64,000 nt of DNA from Vicinamibacterales bacterium (lineage in GTDB: Bacteria; Acidobacteriota; Vicinamibacteria; Vicinamibacterales; UBA2999). Positions 36,357 to 45,943 of the stretch are shown here, piece after piece; positions within the stretch are counted from its first letter, which is position 1; each line of letters begins with the position of its first letter. The position numbers and the translations under genes were made by a program. Location of the stretch: assembly GCA_050250955.1 (NCBI GenBank), contig JBFWNR010000005.1, positions 191,911 through 255,910 of the forward strand, given 5' to 3'. The notes under the pieces are model-generated. The model made no database searches, was not told the DNA's origin, and saw only the letters and a list, made by a program, of their open reading frames with translations.

Positions 36357-38810
36357 TCAGGGCAGACGCGTGAAGTTGGCGACGCGGTTGCTCTGCGGGT
36401 TGGTGAACTGCCGGAATGACGGCGAGAACGTCGCGCCCGGGAGACTCGGCGTCACGCGGTAGCTACCCGTCGGTGGCGTGTCCAGCACGTAGAACCCCAG
36501 CGCGTCGGTGGTCGTCGACGCCGAGAACCCCTGAGTGGCGTAGACAGTGACGCCTGGCACGGGCTGTCCGGCCCTGTCCAGAATTCGCCCCGACACCACG
36601 TACGTACCGAGCTTGGCGACGAATCCGTCGCTCGCGCCGCCACCTGGTGTCTTCTGGAGCACGCTGTCTCCCGCAACCGGGATGCCGTTGCCGTCGAGAG
36701 TGCTGATCCCGCCGACGAACACGTTGCCAACCGTATCGACCGTCACGCCGAGCAGTCGCTCGTTACTGGTCCCGCCGTAGAACGTCGAAAACCCGACTGC
36801 CGTTCCCGTCTGGTTCAACAGCGTGACGAATCCGTCGGTGCCGCCTGATAACGTTGCATCGAATGTAGGCGACGAAACCGGAAAGTCACTCGACGTCGTG
36901 ATACCGCCGATCACGACGACGTGTCCAGGCGGGCACGGGAATCCCGGTACGCACTGCCGTGGCTGAAGGGCGAGCGCGAAGGCGGCGTCGTTGGCGCTCC
37001 CGCCGAGCAGTGTCGCGTACGCCACCGTACCGAGTGTCAACGCGAGCTTCGCGACGAAGCCGTCCAAAGGGCCTCCCAGGGTCTGGTCGAATGCGTTGGG
37101 GGTGGTCGGAAAGTTCGTTGACGCCGTGAGGCCGGCGACGTACACGAAGCCGTCCGTGCCCCATGCGACGCTGTGGATGACATCGCTGCCCGCGCCGCCC
37201 AGGTACGTCGCGCCAATCAGCCCGCTCCCGGTCGTGTTCAGCAACGCCACGACGCCGTCCGCGTCGAGGTTGAACGTGGAGTCGAAGGCGGTCGCAGGCA
37301 CCGGGAAGTCGTATGACGTGGTTTCGCCGGCGACGATTGCGGCACTGCCTGCCAGCGCGATACTGACGTACCCCCCCTCGACGCCGGTGCCGCCGAGGAA
37401 TGTCGAATAGATGGCGTTGGCGCCGGTCGGGTCGAGCTTGGTGACGAAGAAGTCGCTATTGCCGTTGTAGCTCGTGTCGAATGCTCCGGGCGTCGTCGGA
37501 AAGTCGGTCGAGAAGGTGACACCCGCTACGTAGGCGTTGCCGGCGACATCGACTGCGACGTCAGCGCCCGCGGCGCTGCCCCCGTCCATGTAGCCGCCCA
37601 GGAAGGTCGAGTACTCGAGAGCGGCGCCATTCGCGGTGAGTTTGGCGACGAAGGTCTTCACGCCGAACCCGCTCGCGTAGAACATGGTATCGAACGCGCC
37701 CGGGGTCACGGGGAAATCGGAAGAATAGGTATCGCCGACGACGTGCGCCCGCCCACCAGCGTCGACGGCGAGGCGCGGCTGGAAATCGCTCAAGCTCCCC
37801 CCCAGGTACGTGGAGTAGATGGCAGTCGTGCCAGCGGCGTTCAGCTTCGTGACGAACACGTCTGGGGAGGCCGGCCCCACACCGTCGCCGACGGGGTCAA
37901 AGGCCCCTGTCGTCGTCGGGAAGTCCACCGAAGTGGTCGTTCCTGCAACGTAGACGTTTCGCGCCCCATCGACCGCGACGTCAATCACCGAATCCCGGTC
38001 CGATCCGCCCAGATAGGTCGAGAACGCCAGCTGCGACAGGTTCGGGTCGATGACCAGCGTGCGGCTGTCGTCGTAGGCGCCGACACGGAACCCGACCCGC
38101 GCCGGTCCGCGCAGCTCGTAGCCGCTGTCGACGGGGCTCCTGACCCCGCCGTCCTCCTGGTAGGTGGTGGGGGCGTCCTGTTCGACGACGCCGGCGTCGG
38201 TGTGGATGCGCAGCGTGCCCGCCTCCGTGACCTCCAGCCCGGTCGCACCGTCGATGTCGAACTCGACGGTCGAGGGATCGACGGCGGGAGCGACGACGAC
38301 GTCGTACTCGAGCGTGCCGCTGTCGCTTGCGTACCACACGACGTCGACGCCGGGACGCAGATTGCCCTGCCGGACCCGGCCATAGGTGCGGGCGCCGGTG
38401 ACCCAGTTGGCCGGGTCGCGCCCCTTCAGGTAGTTGACGCGATGGGCCAGCGGCGCCTCGCCCGTGGGTGCCGCATCGCCGCGCGCGCCGACCATCGCCA
38501 GACGCAGCGCCACCCCGCGCTCCGGCGCGGCGGCCGGCGGCTCCGCGGTGCCCACCGGCAGTGCCAGCGTCACGTCGCGGTCGGTGACGAACACCGAGAA
38601 ATTGGCGCCCCGGGCGACGAAGCGGGCCCGGGCGTCGTGCTGCCCCCGGTTTTCCTCGAAGGCGACGTTCCGGCCGCTGCCGCGCAGGGCGCGAGCCGGG
38701 TCGCTGCCAGCGGTGCCGGCGTCGTGTGGCCCGCCGAGCCGGCCGGACGCGGGCCCGAACGACAGCACGCCCGCGGCCAGCATCCCGATCGTCATCGTCA
38801 CTCGTGTCAT
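36357..38810 (-). CDS. secreted SBBP beta-propeller-repeat protein with a C-terminal carboxypeptidase-regulatory-like domain
   Basis: The unit ...G.S.DFPTTPGAFD... is repeated more than 8 times. It has a signal peptide. The C-terminus is VVSGRILDRAGQPVPGVTVYAT. A GGGGGAA RBS lies upstream. Confidence 0.8.
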   Translation of the reverse strand: MTRVTMTIGMLAAGVLSFGPASGRLGGPHDAGTAGSDPARALRGSGRNVAFEENRGQHDARARFVARGANFSVFVTDRDVTLALPVGTAEPPAAAPERGVALRLAMVGARGDAAPTGEAPLAHRVNYLKGRDPANWVTGARTYGRVRQGNLRPGVDVVWYASDSGTLEYDVVVAPAVDPSTVEFDIDGATGLEVTEAGTLRIHTDAGVVEQDAPTTYQEDGGVRSPVDSGYELRGPARVGFRVGAYDDSRTLVIDPNLSQLAFSTYLGGSDRDSVIDVAVDGARNVYVAGTTTSVDFPTTTGAFDPVGDGVGPASPDVFVTKLNAAGTTAIYSTYLGGSLSDFQPRLAVDAGGRAHVVGDTYSSDFPVTPGAFDTMFYASGFGVKTFVAKLTANGAALEYSTFLGGYMDGGSAAGADVAVDVAGNAYVAGVTFSTDFPTTPGAFDTSYNGNSDFFVTKLDPTGANAIYSTFLGGTGVEGGYVSIALAGSAAIVAGETTSYDFPVPATAFDSTFNLDADGVVALLNTTGSGLIGATYLGGAGSDVIHSVAWGTDGFVYVAGLTASTNFPTTPNAFDQTLGGPLDGFVAKLALTLGTVAYATLLGGSANDAAFALALQPRQCVPGFPCPPGHVVVIGGITTSSDFPVSSPTFDATLSGGTDGFVTLLNQTGTAVGFSTFYGGTSNERLLGVTVDTVGNVFVGGISTLDGNGIPVAGDSVLQKTPGGGASDGFVAKLGTYVVSGRILDRAGQPVPGVTVYATQGFSASTTTDALGFYVLDTPPTGSYRVTPSLPGATFSPSFRQFTNPQSNRVANFTRLP

Positions 38811-38850
38811 GGCTTCCCCCGGGAACTCGGTTCGAGATCTTGCCGGCCGG

Positions 38851-41800
38851 TCACCACACCACCGGCACGTTGGTGAGCGTCACGAACGCCAGGTACGACG
38901 CGCTGCCGCTCGCCGACAGTTCGACGGCGCCGTTCGGGGCGATCACCTCGAGGGTGAACAGATCGCGGCCGCTGCGGCTGGTGGCGTCAGTGACGCCAAT
39001 CCGGCAGGCGTAGCCGTGGATGGGCGGCGCGCCGGCCTGAGCGGGTGCCTTGACGCCGTAGCGGGTGACGAGCGTCGTGCGGTTGCCGCTGCGGTCCACG
39101 CTGGCGACCGCGCCGCAGGCGTACTGCGCGGCCTGCAGCGCCACGACCGCGCCGCCGCCGAGCAGATCGCCGGCCGCGGTGCGGGCGGCCGCGAAGGCCA
39201 GCACGCCCGGTCCGGCGGCGCTCGCGAACAGCGCCCCGCCGGTGGTGCCGACGGCGAAGACCGGCCGCGTCCGCGAGACGCGCACGGTGGCGGTGCGGTC
39301 CTGGGCCACGGTGAGGTAGCAGCGGCCGTTGGCCTGGGCGTCGCAGCCGGTCCAGCCGGCGACGAACGGCCCGGTCAGCAGGTTGCCGCCGGGATCGACG
39401 TCGATCACCACGGTGCTGCCGGCGCGCGGCGCGAACAGGCAGTCGGCGGCGTTGGCGCAGGGTGGCGCCGAGGGCAGCAGCGGATCGCTGATACCGTCGG
39501 GCAAGGTCAGGTAGCGCGCGGTGGCCCGGACGGTGATGGTGGCCGGCAGGCCGCCGAGGCCCTCGACGCGCAGGTGGAGCTGCACGGTGTCGGCCCGCGC
39601 CGTGACGGTGACGCGCCGTTCGTCGGGCGAGGAGCGGTTGCCGCTGTCGTCCACGACCACGAGCCGGACGGTGTGTTCGCCGTCACCGAGCGGATAGGCC
39701 GCGGCGGTGAACGTGAACGACGCCGTGTCGGTGACCACGGGCGCGAAGGCGTCGAGCGTCCACTCGTAATGGACGATCGCGCCCCCGATGTCGGTCGAGT
39801 CGGCGCCGGAGACCGGCAGGTCCTCGCCTTCCCCGATCGTCGTCGGCGCCGAGAGCACGGCCGTGGGGTTGACGGAGTCGCCGACGACCTCCACCTGCCG
39901 CACGTCAGGAGCCGACACCTGGCCGGCATCGTCGACGACCGTCAGGCGCACGGTGTGGAGGCCGACGCCGAGCGCGTACGGCGGGGCCGTGAAGGTGAAC
40001 GACGGGCTGGTGGTCTCGACAGCAGCGGCGCTGTCGAGCTGCCAGACGTAGCGGACGATCATGCCGACTTCATCGAAGGAACCGCCGCCTGAGACGACCA
40101 GCGGGGAGCCGAGGTCGATCGCGGGCAGCGCGTCGAGGACCGCGGTCGGCACCGTGTCGGCGACGACCAGCACCTGGTGCGGTGCGGGCGCAGACGGGTT
40201 GCCGCTCGTGTCGACGACCGTCAGCGTGACGACGTGCGGTCCGGGTACGAGCGGGTACGACCCGTAGGCGAACGTGAAGACGGCCTCGCTGGTCTCGACG
40301 ACGGTGCCGCCGTCGATCTGCCAGCGATACGCGGCAATCGCGCCGCCGGGATCGAACGAGCCGGCGCCCGACACGGTCAGCGGGTGTCGCTGGACGATCT
40401 GGACCGGCCCGGTGATGACGGCCGTGGGATTGACGACGTCGCCGATGACCTGGACCTGGCGCCCATCCGGTGCTGAGCGGTTGCCGCTGTCGTCCACGAC
40501 CACCAGCGCGACGGTGTGCGGCCCCGGCGTCGGCGGGTAACTGGTGGCGACGAAGGTGAACGACGGCGTCGTGGTCTCGACCGGCGGGAAGGCGTCGAGC
40601 GTCCACTCGTAGCGGACGATCGTCCCGCCGACGTCGAACGAGTTGTCACCGGCGACCGTGAGATCCTGGCCGACGGCGATCGAATCCGGCGCGGTGAGCA
40701 GCGCGGTCGGATTGGTGGTGTCGGCCACGACGCTCAGCGGGACCACCACGGTCCGCGCCTCACCGGCCGCGAGCGTACCGCGCAGCTCGATGCCGCCGCT
40801 GCCCTCGCTCGACAGCGTGGTCACCTGCGCCATGTAGTCGCCGCCCAGCCCGGTGAGCTGCAGCGTGAGCGGCGGCTCCAGGTTGCCGAGGATCCAGCCC
40901 ATGCCGTCGGCATCGCCGCTCCAGAAGCTGCCGGGGATCTCGGCGAGCGGGCCGGTCGCCGCCGTGTAGCCGAGGCGGCGGCCGAGGCCGTCCACGAGGA
41001 AGCCCTCGACCGGGTCGAGCACCAGGTTCGCGCAGCCGGTGACGGCGCAGGCGATGTCGCCGACACCGAACGCTGCCTGCCCGGTCGAAATGGACGTCGG
41101 CCCGACGCCGAGCAGCGTCAGGATCTCCTGCTGGACCTCGGGATTGGACATCAGGGCGCCGTGTCCCACCGAGCCCGTCGCCGGGCCTGCCGTGAAGGGC
41201 TTCAAGGTGACTCGCGTGTCGGTGAGGAACTGACCGGCCGCCGACTCGATCGGCACCGTGCCGTCGCCGGCGTCGGACTGGCTGATGTCGACGTAGTAGT
41301 CGCCGTTGACCACGGTGTGCGCGACGACGTCGCTGAACGACACGGCCGATCCCGGGAGGGCGCCCGACGCAGTACGTCGTTCGGCGTGCACGGGCGTGGT
41401 GCCGCCGTTGGTGCCGTAGATGACCGTGACCGTGGCCAGATCGGCGAACGCATTGGGGTCGTCGCCGACGTTGACGAGGCGGTCGAGCCCGGCGTTGAGG
41501 TCGAGGACGAAGCTGTTCCGTTGCTGCGTGTCCAGGTTGATGGTCGAGGGGCCCTCGCCCAGGTCGAGGAAGTCGTAGGTGGCGAGCAGCGCCCGGGCCG
41601 ACGGAATGTACTTGTCGATGAAGCAGATCTTCGGTCCGCTCGGACACTCACTCGGTGATTCCAGCATGGCCCTGGTGATCGTGTGGTCCGGCCCGGGAAT
41701 CTGCTGACCTTTCTCCATGACCTGCACGTAGGCCCGGTAGACGATCTTCGAGAGCACCAGTTGGTAGGCGACGTCGATGCCCCAGTTGTCCTGGAGAACG

Positions 41801-42885
41801 TTCCAGGCCTTGGACGCGCCGCGATTCGGCACTCCGACCATCACGAGGTTGTCCACTCGCGGCAACGTCTGTCCCGGCGAATACTCACCGCCGTAGGCGC
41901 CGCTCTGGACGTAGGCCCGCGCAACCAGACCGCCCGTGCTGTGGGCGATCACGTTCACGGCGTCGAGCGGCGGTGCGTCCGGATACCTGGCCGCCCACGC
42001 CTCGGCCGCCCGCCGGACGAAGACGCCGAGATAGTCGACGCCGTATTCGTACAGCCCGTCGGTGATGTCCGCGGCCGTGAGGCCGCCGATCCGCCCGTCG
42101 ATGACGCCGTCGTTCGGACCGACGGGCAGACGCCAGTCGTAGGTGACGACGAAGAGGTCGATGCCTTCCTGGTAGCCGGCATCCTTCAGCGTCGTGATGA
42201 GATCGGCGTAGATCTTCGTCAGCGGGTCGATGCGCAGCGCCTCGGGTGGGCGCCCGCGCTCGAGCAGCCACGGGAGATCGACGCCGATGGTGTTGGCGTA
42301 GGTGCCGCCGATGCCCGGGACGATCAGCACCGGCCGGCGCCGGAACTCGACCCTGCCTGATATGGACTCGGAGGTGGTCGTCGCGTCTGCCGGGCACCAA
42401 GGGACATTGGCCGTCTGGCTGAACGAGTGGTTCCAGGTCAGCGCCGTGGGCACTCCGTTCGACGTGTCCAGTGTCGTGAAGACCGGATCGATCCGGAGCA
42501 CGTCGTCATCGAATGCCGTGCCAGGCTCACAGCTGTCAGTTCCGGTCAGCTGTGCGTGCAGCGCACCAGGCTGTGATGGATCCAGCACTTGCCCGGGAGT
42601 GACATGGCCTTCGGTCGTCAACACGCACGAACCCGATTCGTCGGCTTCCGTCCGTGTCTTCCTGACCTTGCCGGAGGCCTCGAACAGGCCGTCGGCTCGT
42701 TGCGTGAGCTGCAGGAGCCACACGGCTTCTTGCAGGTTCAGGGCGGGCTCTATGACGCAGCCTTCGGTGTGGGTCTTTCGGTACTCGGACCGGTTCACGA
42801 CCCGCCCGCTGCCGGTCTGCGCAGCGGCGAGGGCTGGCAACAGCGCGACGACGAGGGCAACGACGGCGGGGAGGGTCTTGGTCAT
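38851..42885 (-). CDS. 1344-aa secreted multidomain protein: LCAT-like alpha/beta lipase/acyltransferase domain, four PKD-like repeats and a C-terminal domain of unknown function
   Basis: The signal peptide is MTKTLPAVVALVVALLPALAAA. LCAT-family motifs are TYDWRLP and the nucleophile elbow IAHSTGG. Four units of about 91 aa follow (NPTA...G..L.VSG..S.D.GG.IV.Y.W.LD......T..SFTF......G.HTV.L.VVDD.GN.S.PD). Confidence 0.8.
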   Translation of the reverse strand: MTKTLPAVVALVVALLPALAAAQTGSGRVVNRSEYRKTHTEGCVIEPALNLQEAVWLLQLTQRADGLFEASGKVRKTRTEADESGSCVLTTEGHVTPGQVLDPSQPGALHAQLTGTDSCEPGTAFDDDVLRIDPVFTTLDTSNGVPTALTWNHSFSQTANVPWCPADATTTSESISGRVEFRRRPVLIVPGIGGTYANTIGVDLPWLLERGRPPEALRIDPLTKIYADLITTLKDAGYQEGIDLFVVTYDWRLPVGPNDGVIDGRIGGLTAADITDGLYEYGVDYLGVFVRRAAEAWAARYPDAPPLDAVNVIAHSTGGLVARAYVQSGAYGGEYSPGQTLPRVDNLVMVGVPNRGASKAWNVLQDNWGIDVAYQLVLSKIVYRAYVQVMEKGQQIPGPDHTITRAMLESPSECPSGPKICFIDKYIPSARALLATYDFLDLGEGPSTINLDTQQRNSFVLDLNAGLDRLVNVGDDPNAFADLATVTVIYGTNGGTTPVHAERRTASGALPGSAVSFSDVVAHTVVNGDYYVDISQSDAGDGTVPIESAAGQFLTDTRVTLKPFTAGPATGSVGHGALMSNPEVQQEILTLLGVGPTSISTGQAAFGVGDIACAVTGCANLVLDPVEGFLVDGLGRRLGYTAATGPLAEIPGSFWSGDADGMGWILGNLEPPLTLQLTGLGGDYMAQVTTLSSEGSGGIELRGTLAAGEARTVVVPLSVVADTTNPTALLTAPDSIAVGQDLTVAGDNSFDVGGTIVRYEWTLDAFPPVETTTPSFTFVATSYPPTPGPHTVALVVVDDSGNRSAPDGRQVQVIGDVVNPTAVITGPVQIVQRHPLTVSGAGSFDPGGAIAAYRWQIDGGTVVETSEAVFTFAYGSYPLVPGPHVVTLTVVDTSGNPSAPAPHQVLVVADTVPTAVLDALPAIDLGSPLVVSGGGSFDEVGMIVRYVWQLDSAAAVETTSPSFTFTAPPYALGVGLHTVRLTVVDDAGQVSAPDVRQVEVVGDSVNPTAVLSAPTTIGEGEDLPVSGADSTDIGGAIVHYEWTLDAFAPVVTDTASFTFTAAAYPLGDGEHTVRLVVVDDSGNRSSPDERRVTVTARADTVQLHLRVEGLGGLPATITVRATARYLTLPDGISDPLLPSAPPCANAADCLFAPRAGSTVVIDVDPGGNLLTGPFVAGWTGCDAQANGRCYLTVAQDRTATVRVSRTRPVFAVGTTGGALFASAAGPGVLAFAAARTAAGDLLGGGAVVALQAAQYACGAVASVDRSGNRTTLVTRYGVKAPAQAGAPPIHGYACRIGVTDATSRSGRDLFTLEVIAPNGAVELSASGSASYLAFVTLTNVPVVW
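39600..40730 (-). repeat. four tandem coding repeats of about 270 bp (PKD-like domains) inside the large lipase gene
   Basis: The protein-level periodicity was read from the translation. The boundaries are approximate. Confidence 0.7.
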
Positions 42886-42965
42886 ACCCTGACGAGAGGC
42901 GCCGCTCGGCCGGTTTGCTCACTCCGCGGGGCGCACGCCGAGCGCCGGGGTTTGAACACCCGTTC

Positions 42966-42971
42966 TACAAT
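42966..42971 (+). promoter_or_regulatory. -10-like TACAAT box 6 nt upstream of ATG 42978 (leaderless-type promoter)
   Basis: The sequence reads TACAAT-cccgcc-ATG. Confidence 0.45.
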
Positions 42972-42977
42972 CCCGCC

Positions 42978-43472
42978 ATGGCCCCGCCCCCGCCCCAGCC
43001 GTCGCGGCTCCACCTGGCGCTCACCGTCAACGGCGAGCCGGCCGAGACGGCCGTGGATCCGGCCAAGACGCTGCTCGAGGTGCTGCGCGAGGACCTGCAG
43101 CTCACCGGCACCAAGCACGGCTGCGAGCTGGGGGAGTGCGGGGCCTGCGCTGTGCTCCTGGACGGCGAGCCGGTGCTGTCGTGCCTGGTGCTGGCCGTCG
43201 AGTGCCCCGGGCGGGAGGTGCGGACCGTGGAAGGGCTGGCCCGGGACGGGCGGCTCGACCCGCTCCAGGAGGCGTTCGCCGACCTGGGCGCGGCGCAGTG
43301 CGGCTACTGCACGCCCGGCATCCTGGTGACGGCGCGGGCCCTGCTCGACCGCGAGCCGCAGCCGACGCGCGAGCAGATCCGCGAGGCGCTGGCCGGCAAT
43401 CTCTGCCGTTGTACCGGGTATCTGCAGATCCTGGAGGCGGTCGAGGCCGCCGCGCTCGCGAGGTCCAGGTGA
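42978..43472 (+). CDS. [2Fe-2S]-binding small subunit of a xanthine-oxidase-family enzyme (HcrC-like)
   Basis: The plant-type ferredoxin motif is CELGECGAC...C. The second cluster motif is QCGYCTPG...CRCTGY. Confidence 0.9.
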   Translation: MAPPPPQPSRLHLALTVNGEPAETAVDPAKTLLEVLREDLQLTGTKHGCELGECGACAVLLDGEPVLSCLVLAVECPGREVRTVEGLARDGRLDPLQEAFADLGAAQCGYCTPGILVTARALLDREPQPTREQIREALAGNLCRCTGYLQILEAVEAAALARSR

Positions 43473-45943
43473 GCACGACCGGTCCGCGCGGCGTCATCGG
43501 CCGGGCCCGCCGCCGCGTGGACGGCCGCGCCAAGGTCACCGGCCAGACGCGCTTCGCCGACGACCTGCTGCCGCCGCGGACGCTGCACTGCAAGCTGCTG
43601 CGCTCGACGGTGCCGCACGGACGGATCCGCGCGATCGACGGGTCGCGCGCGAGGGCGCTGGACGGTGTGCACCTCGTCCTCACCGGAGCCGACTTCCCGA
43701 TCGCCTACGGCATCCTGCCGGTGAGCCAGGACGAGCATCCGCTGTGCCGCGACGTCGTGCGCTTCGTCGGCGACCCGGTGGCCGCGGTGGTCGCCCGCGA
43801 CGAGGCCACGGCCACGGCCGCGCTCGACCTCATCGCCGTCGACTACGAGGTGCTCCACACCTTCGCCGATCCCGCGGACAGCCTGCGGACGCCCGAGCCG
43901 CGCATCCACGACTACGGCGACGGCGGCAACGTCCACAAGGCGGTGTCGCTGCAGTTCGGCGACGTGGACGAGGCGCTGGCCGGCGCCGCGCACGTCTTCG
44001 ACGACGTGTTCTTCTTCGAAGGCAGCACCCACCTGCCGCTCGAGCAGCACGCCACCGTGGCGGTCAAGGATCCGGACGGCAAGCTGGTCGTGTACTCGAG
44101 CACCCAGACCCCGCATTACCTGCACCGTGCGCTGGCCAAGGCGCTCGAAATGCCGGCGGCGCACATCCGGGTGATCGCGACTCCCAACGGCGGCGGCTTC
44201 GGCGGCAAGAGCGACCCGTTCAACCACGAGATCGTCGTCGCGCGGGCCGCGCTCACGCTCGACCGTCCGGTGAAGGTCTGCCTGACCCGCGAGGAAGTGT
44301 TCCTCTGCCACCGCGGCCGGCATCCGGTGCGGATGCGGTTCCGCACCGGCGTCGATGCCGACGGCCGGATCCAGGGCATGCACCTGCAGACTCTGCTCGA
44401 CGGTGGCGCCTACGGCTCTTACGGCGTGGCCAGCACGTTCTATACGGGCGCGTTGCAGACGGTCACCTACCGGATTCCCCGCTACCGTTTCCAGGGCTGC
44501 CGCGTCTTCACCAACAAGCCGCCGTGCGGCCCCAAGCGCGGCCACGGCACGCCGCAGAGCCGCTTCGGCCAGGAGGTGCAGCTCGACAAGATCGCCGAGC
44601 GGCTGCAGGTGGATCCGGCCGACCTGCGGCTGCGCATGATCGCCCCGGCCGACGCGTTGACCGCCAACTACCTGCGGGTGCGCACCATCGGGCTGGCCGA
44701 GTGCATCGAGCGCGTCGTCGCGCGCTCGGGCTGGCGCGGGCGGCACGGCTGCCTGCCGTACGGGCACGGCGTCGGGCTGGCGTGCTCGTCGTACCTCACC
44801 GGCGCCGGCCTGGCCATCTACTGGAACGACATGCCGCACTCGGGCGTGCAGCTGAAGCTGGATCGCAGCGGCGGCGTCACCGCGTTCTCGGGTGCGACCG
44901 AGATCGGGCAGGGCAGCGACGACGTGCTGGTGGCGTGCGTCGCCGAGGTGCTGGGCATCGACCCGCACGACGTGCGCCCGGTGACCGGCGACACCGATCT
45001 GACGCCCGTTGACCTCGGCTCGTACTCGAGCCGGGTGACGCTGATGATGGGGCACGCCGCGATCGAGGCGGCCGAGCGCGCCCGCGACCTCCTGGCGGCG
45101 GCGGTCGCGGTGAAGCTCGAGGTGCCGCGCGATCGGCTCGTCTTCGCCGAGCGGCGCGTGTTCGACAGCGCCGACCCGTCGCGCGGGGTGAGCTTTGCGG
45201 AGGCCGTGCAGCTCGCGGAGGCGGTGGGGGGCACGGTCGGCACGACCGGGTCCTACACGCCGGCCAGGAGCGCCGCGAAGTTCAAGGGTGGCGGCGTCGG
45301 GCCGTCGCCGACCTACTCCTATACGGCGGCGGTCGTCGAGGTGGAGGTCGATCCCGAGACCGGGTGGATCGTCGTCCCACGGGTGTTCATCGCCCACGAC
45401 ATCGGCCGGGCGCTCAATCCCGTGCTGGCGCGCGGGCAGGTCGAGGGCAGCGTCTACATGGGCCTGGGCGAGGCGCTGATGGAGGAGCAGGCGTTCCGGC
45501 GGCTGCCGGCGCGGCTGTCGCCGGCGCTGGTTCACAAGTTCCCGTCGATGCTCGAGTACAAGAGCCCGACGGCGCTCGACATGCCGGAGGTCGTCACCGA
45601 CCTGGTCGAGACGGCCGATCCCGAAGGGCCATTCGGCGCCAAGGAAGTGGGGCAGGGGCCGCTGCTTCCGATCATGCCGGCGGTGGCCAACGCGGTGTTC
45701 GACGCCGTCGGCGTGCGCGTGGACGAGGTGCCGATCACGCCGGAGAAGATTCTGAAGGCGCTGCAGGCCAAGGCGCAGGGCAAGCCGGCGCGGGTCGGGC
45801 CGGCGGCGTTCCCCGAGGTGGCCTGGCCCGAGACGCTGCTCGTCGCGCCGCCGTGGGAGGGCGGCGACGGGCGGGCGTCGAACGAGCCGGCGCGACCGTC
45901 GCGGCCGTCGGCGACCGGCAGGGGATCGGCGGTGCGGCGATGA
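43469..45943 (+). CDS. molybdopterin-binding large subunit of a xanthine-oxidase-family enzyme (HcrA-like)
   Basis: A GTG at 43469 overlaps the small-subunit stop (GTGA). The N-terminus is RRRVDGRAKVTGQTRFADDL. Later motifs are GGGFGGK and GAKEVGQGP. Confidence 0.9.
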   Translation: MSTTGPRGVIGRARRRVDGRAKVTGQTRFADDLLPPRTLHCKLLRSTVPHGRIRAIDGSRARALDGVHLVLTGADFPIAYGILPVSQDEHPLCRDVVRFVGDPVAAVVARDEATATAALDLIAVDYEVLHTFADPADSLRTPEPRIHDYGDGGNVHKAVSLQFGDVDEALAGAAHVFDDVFFFEGSTHLPLEQHATVAVKDPDGKLVVYSSTQTPHYLHRALAKALEMPAAHIRVIATPNGGGFGGKSDPFNHEIVVARAALTLDRPVKVCLTREEVFLCHRGRHPVRMRFRTGVDADGRIQGMHLQTLLDGGAYGSYGVASTFYTGALQTVTYRIPRYRFQGCRVFTNKPPCGPKRGHGTPQSRFGQEVQLDKIAERLQVDPADLRLRMIAPADALTANYLRVRTIGLAECIERVVARSGWRGRHGCLPYGHGVGLACSSYLTGAGLAIYWNDMPHSGVQLKLDRSGGVTAFSGATEIGQGSDDVLVACVAEVLGIDPHDVRPVTGDTDLTPVDLGSYSSRVTLMMGHAAIEAAERARDLLAAAVAVKLEVPRDRLVFAERRVFDSADPSRGVSFAEAVQLAEAVGGTVGTTGSYTPARSAAKFKGGGVGPSPTYSYTAAVVEVEVDPETGWIVVPRVFIAHDIGRALNPVLARGQVEGSVYMGLGEALMEEQAFRRLPARLSPALVHKFPSMLEYKSPTALDMPEVVTDLVETADPEGPFGAKEVGQGPLLPIMPAVANAVFDAVGVRVDEVPITPEKILKALQAKAQGKPARVGPAAFPEVAWPETLLVAPPWEGGDGRASNEPARPSRPSATGRGSAVRR

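Noticed and set aside
39600-40730. Regularly spaced repeats of about 270 bp that might be mistaken for a repeat array. The G-X-Y coding repeats at 29103-29297 raise the same question.
   Set aside because: Both sets are in-frame coding repeats (PKD-like domains and collagen triplets) inside long ORFs. They lack the short-repeat and unique-spacer architecture of a CRISPR array.
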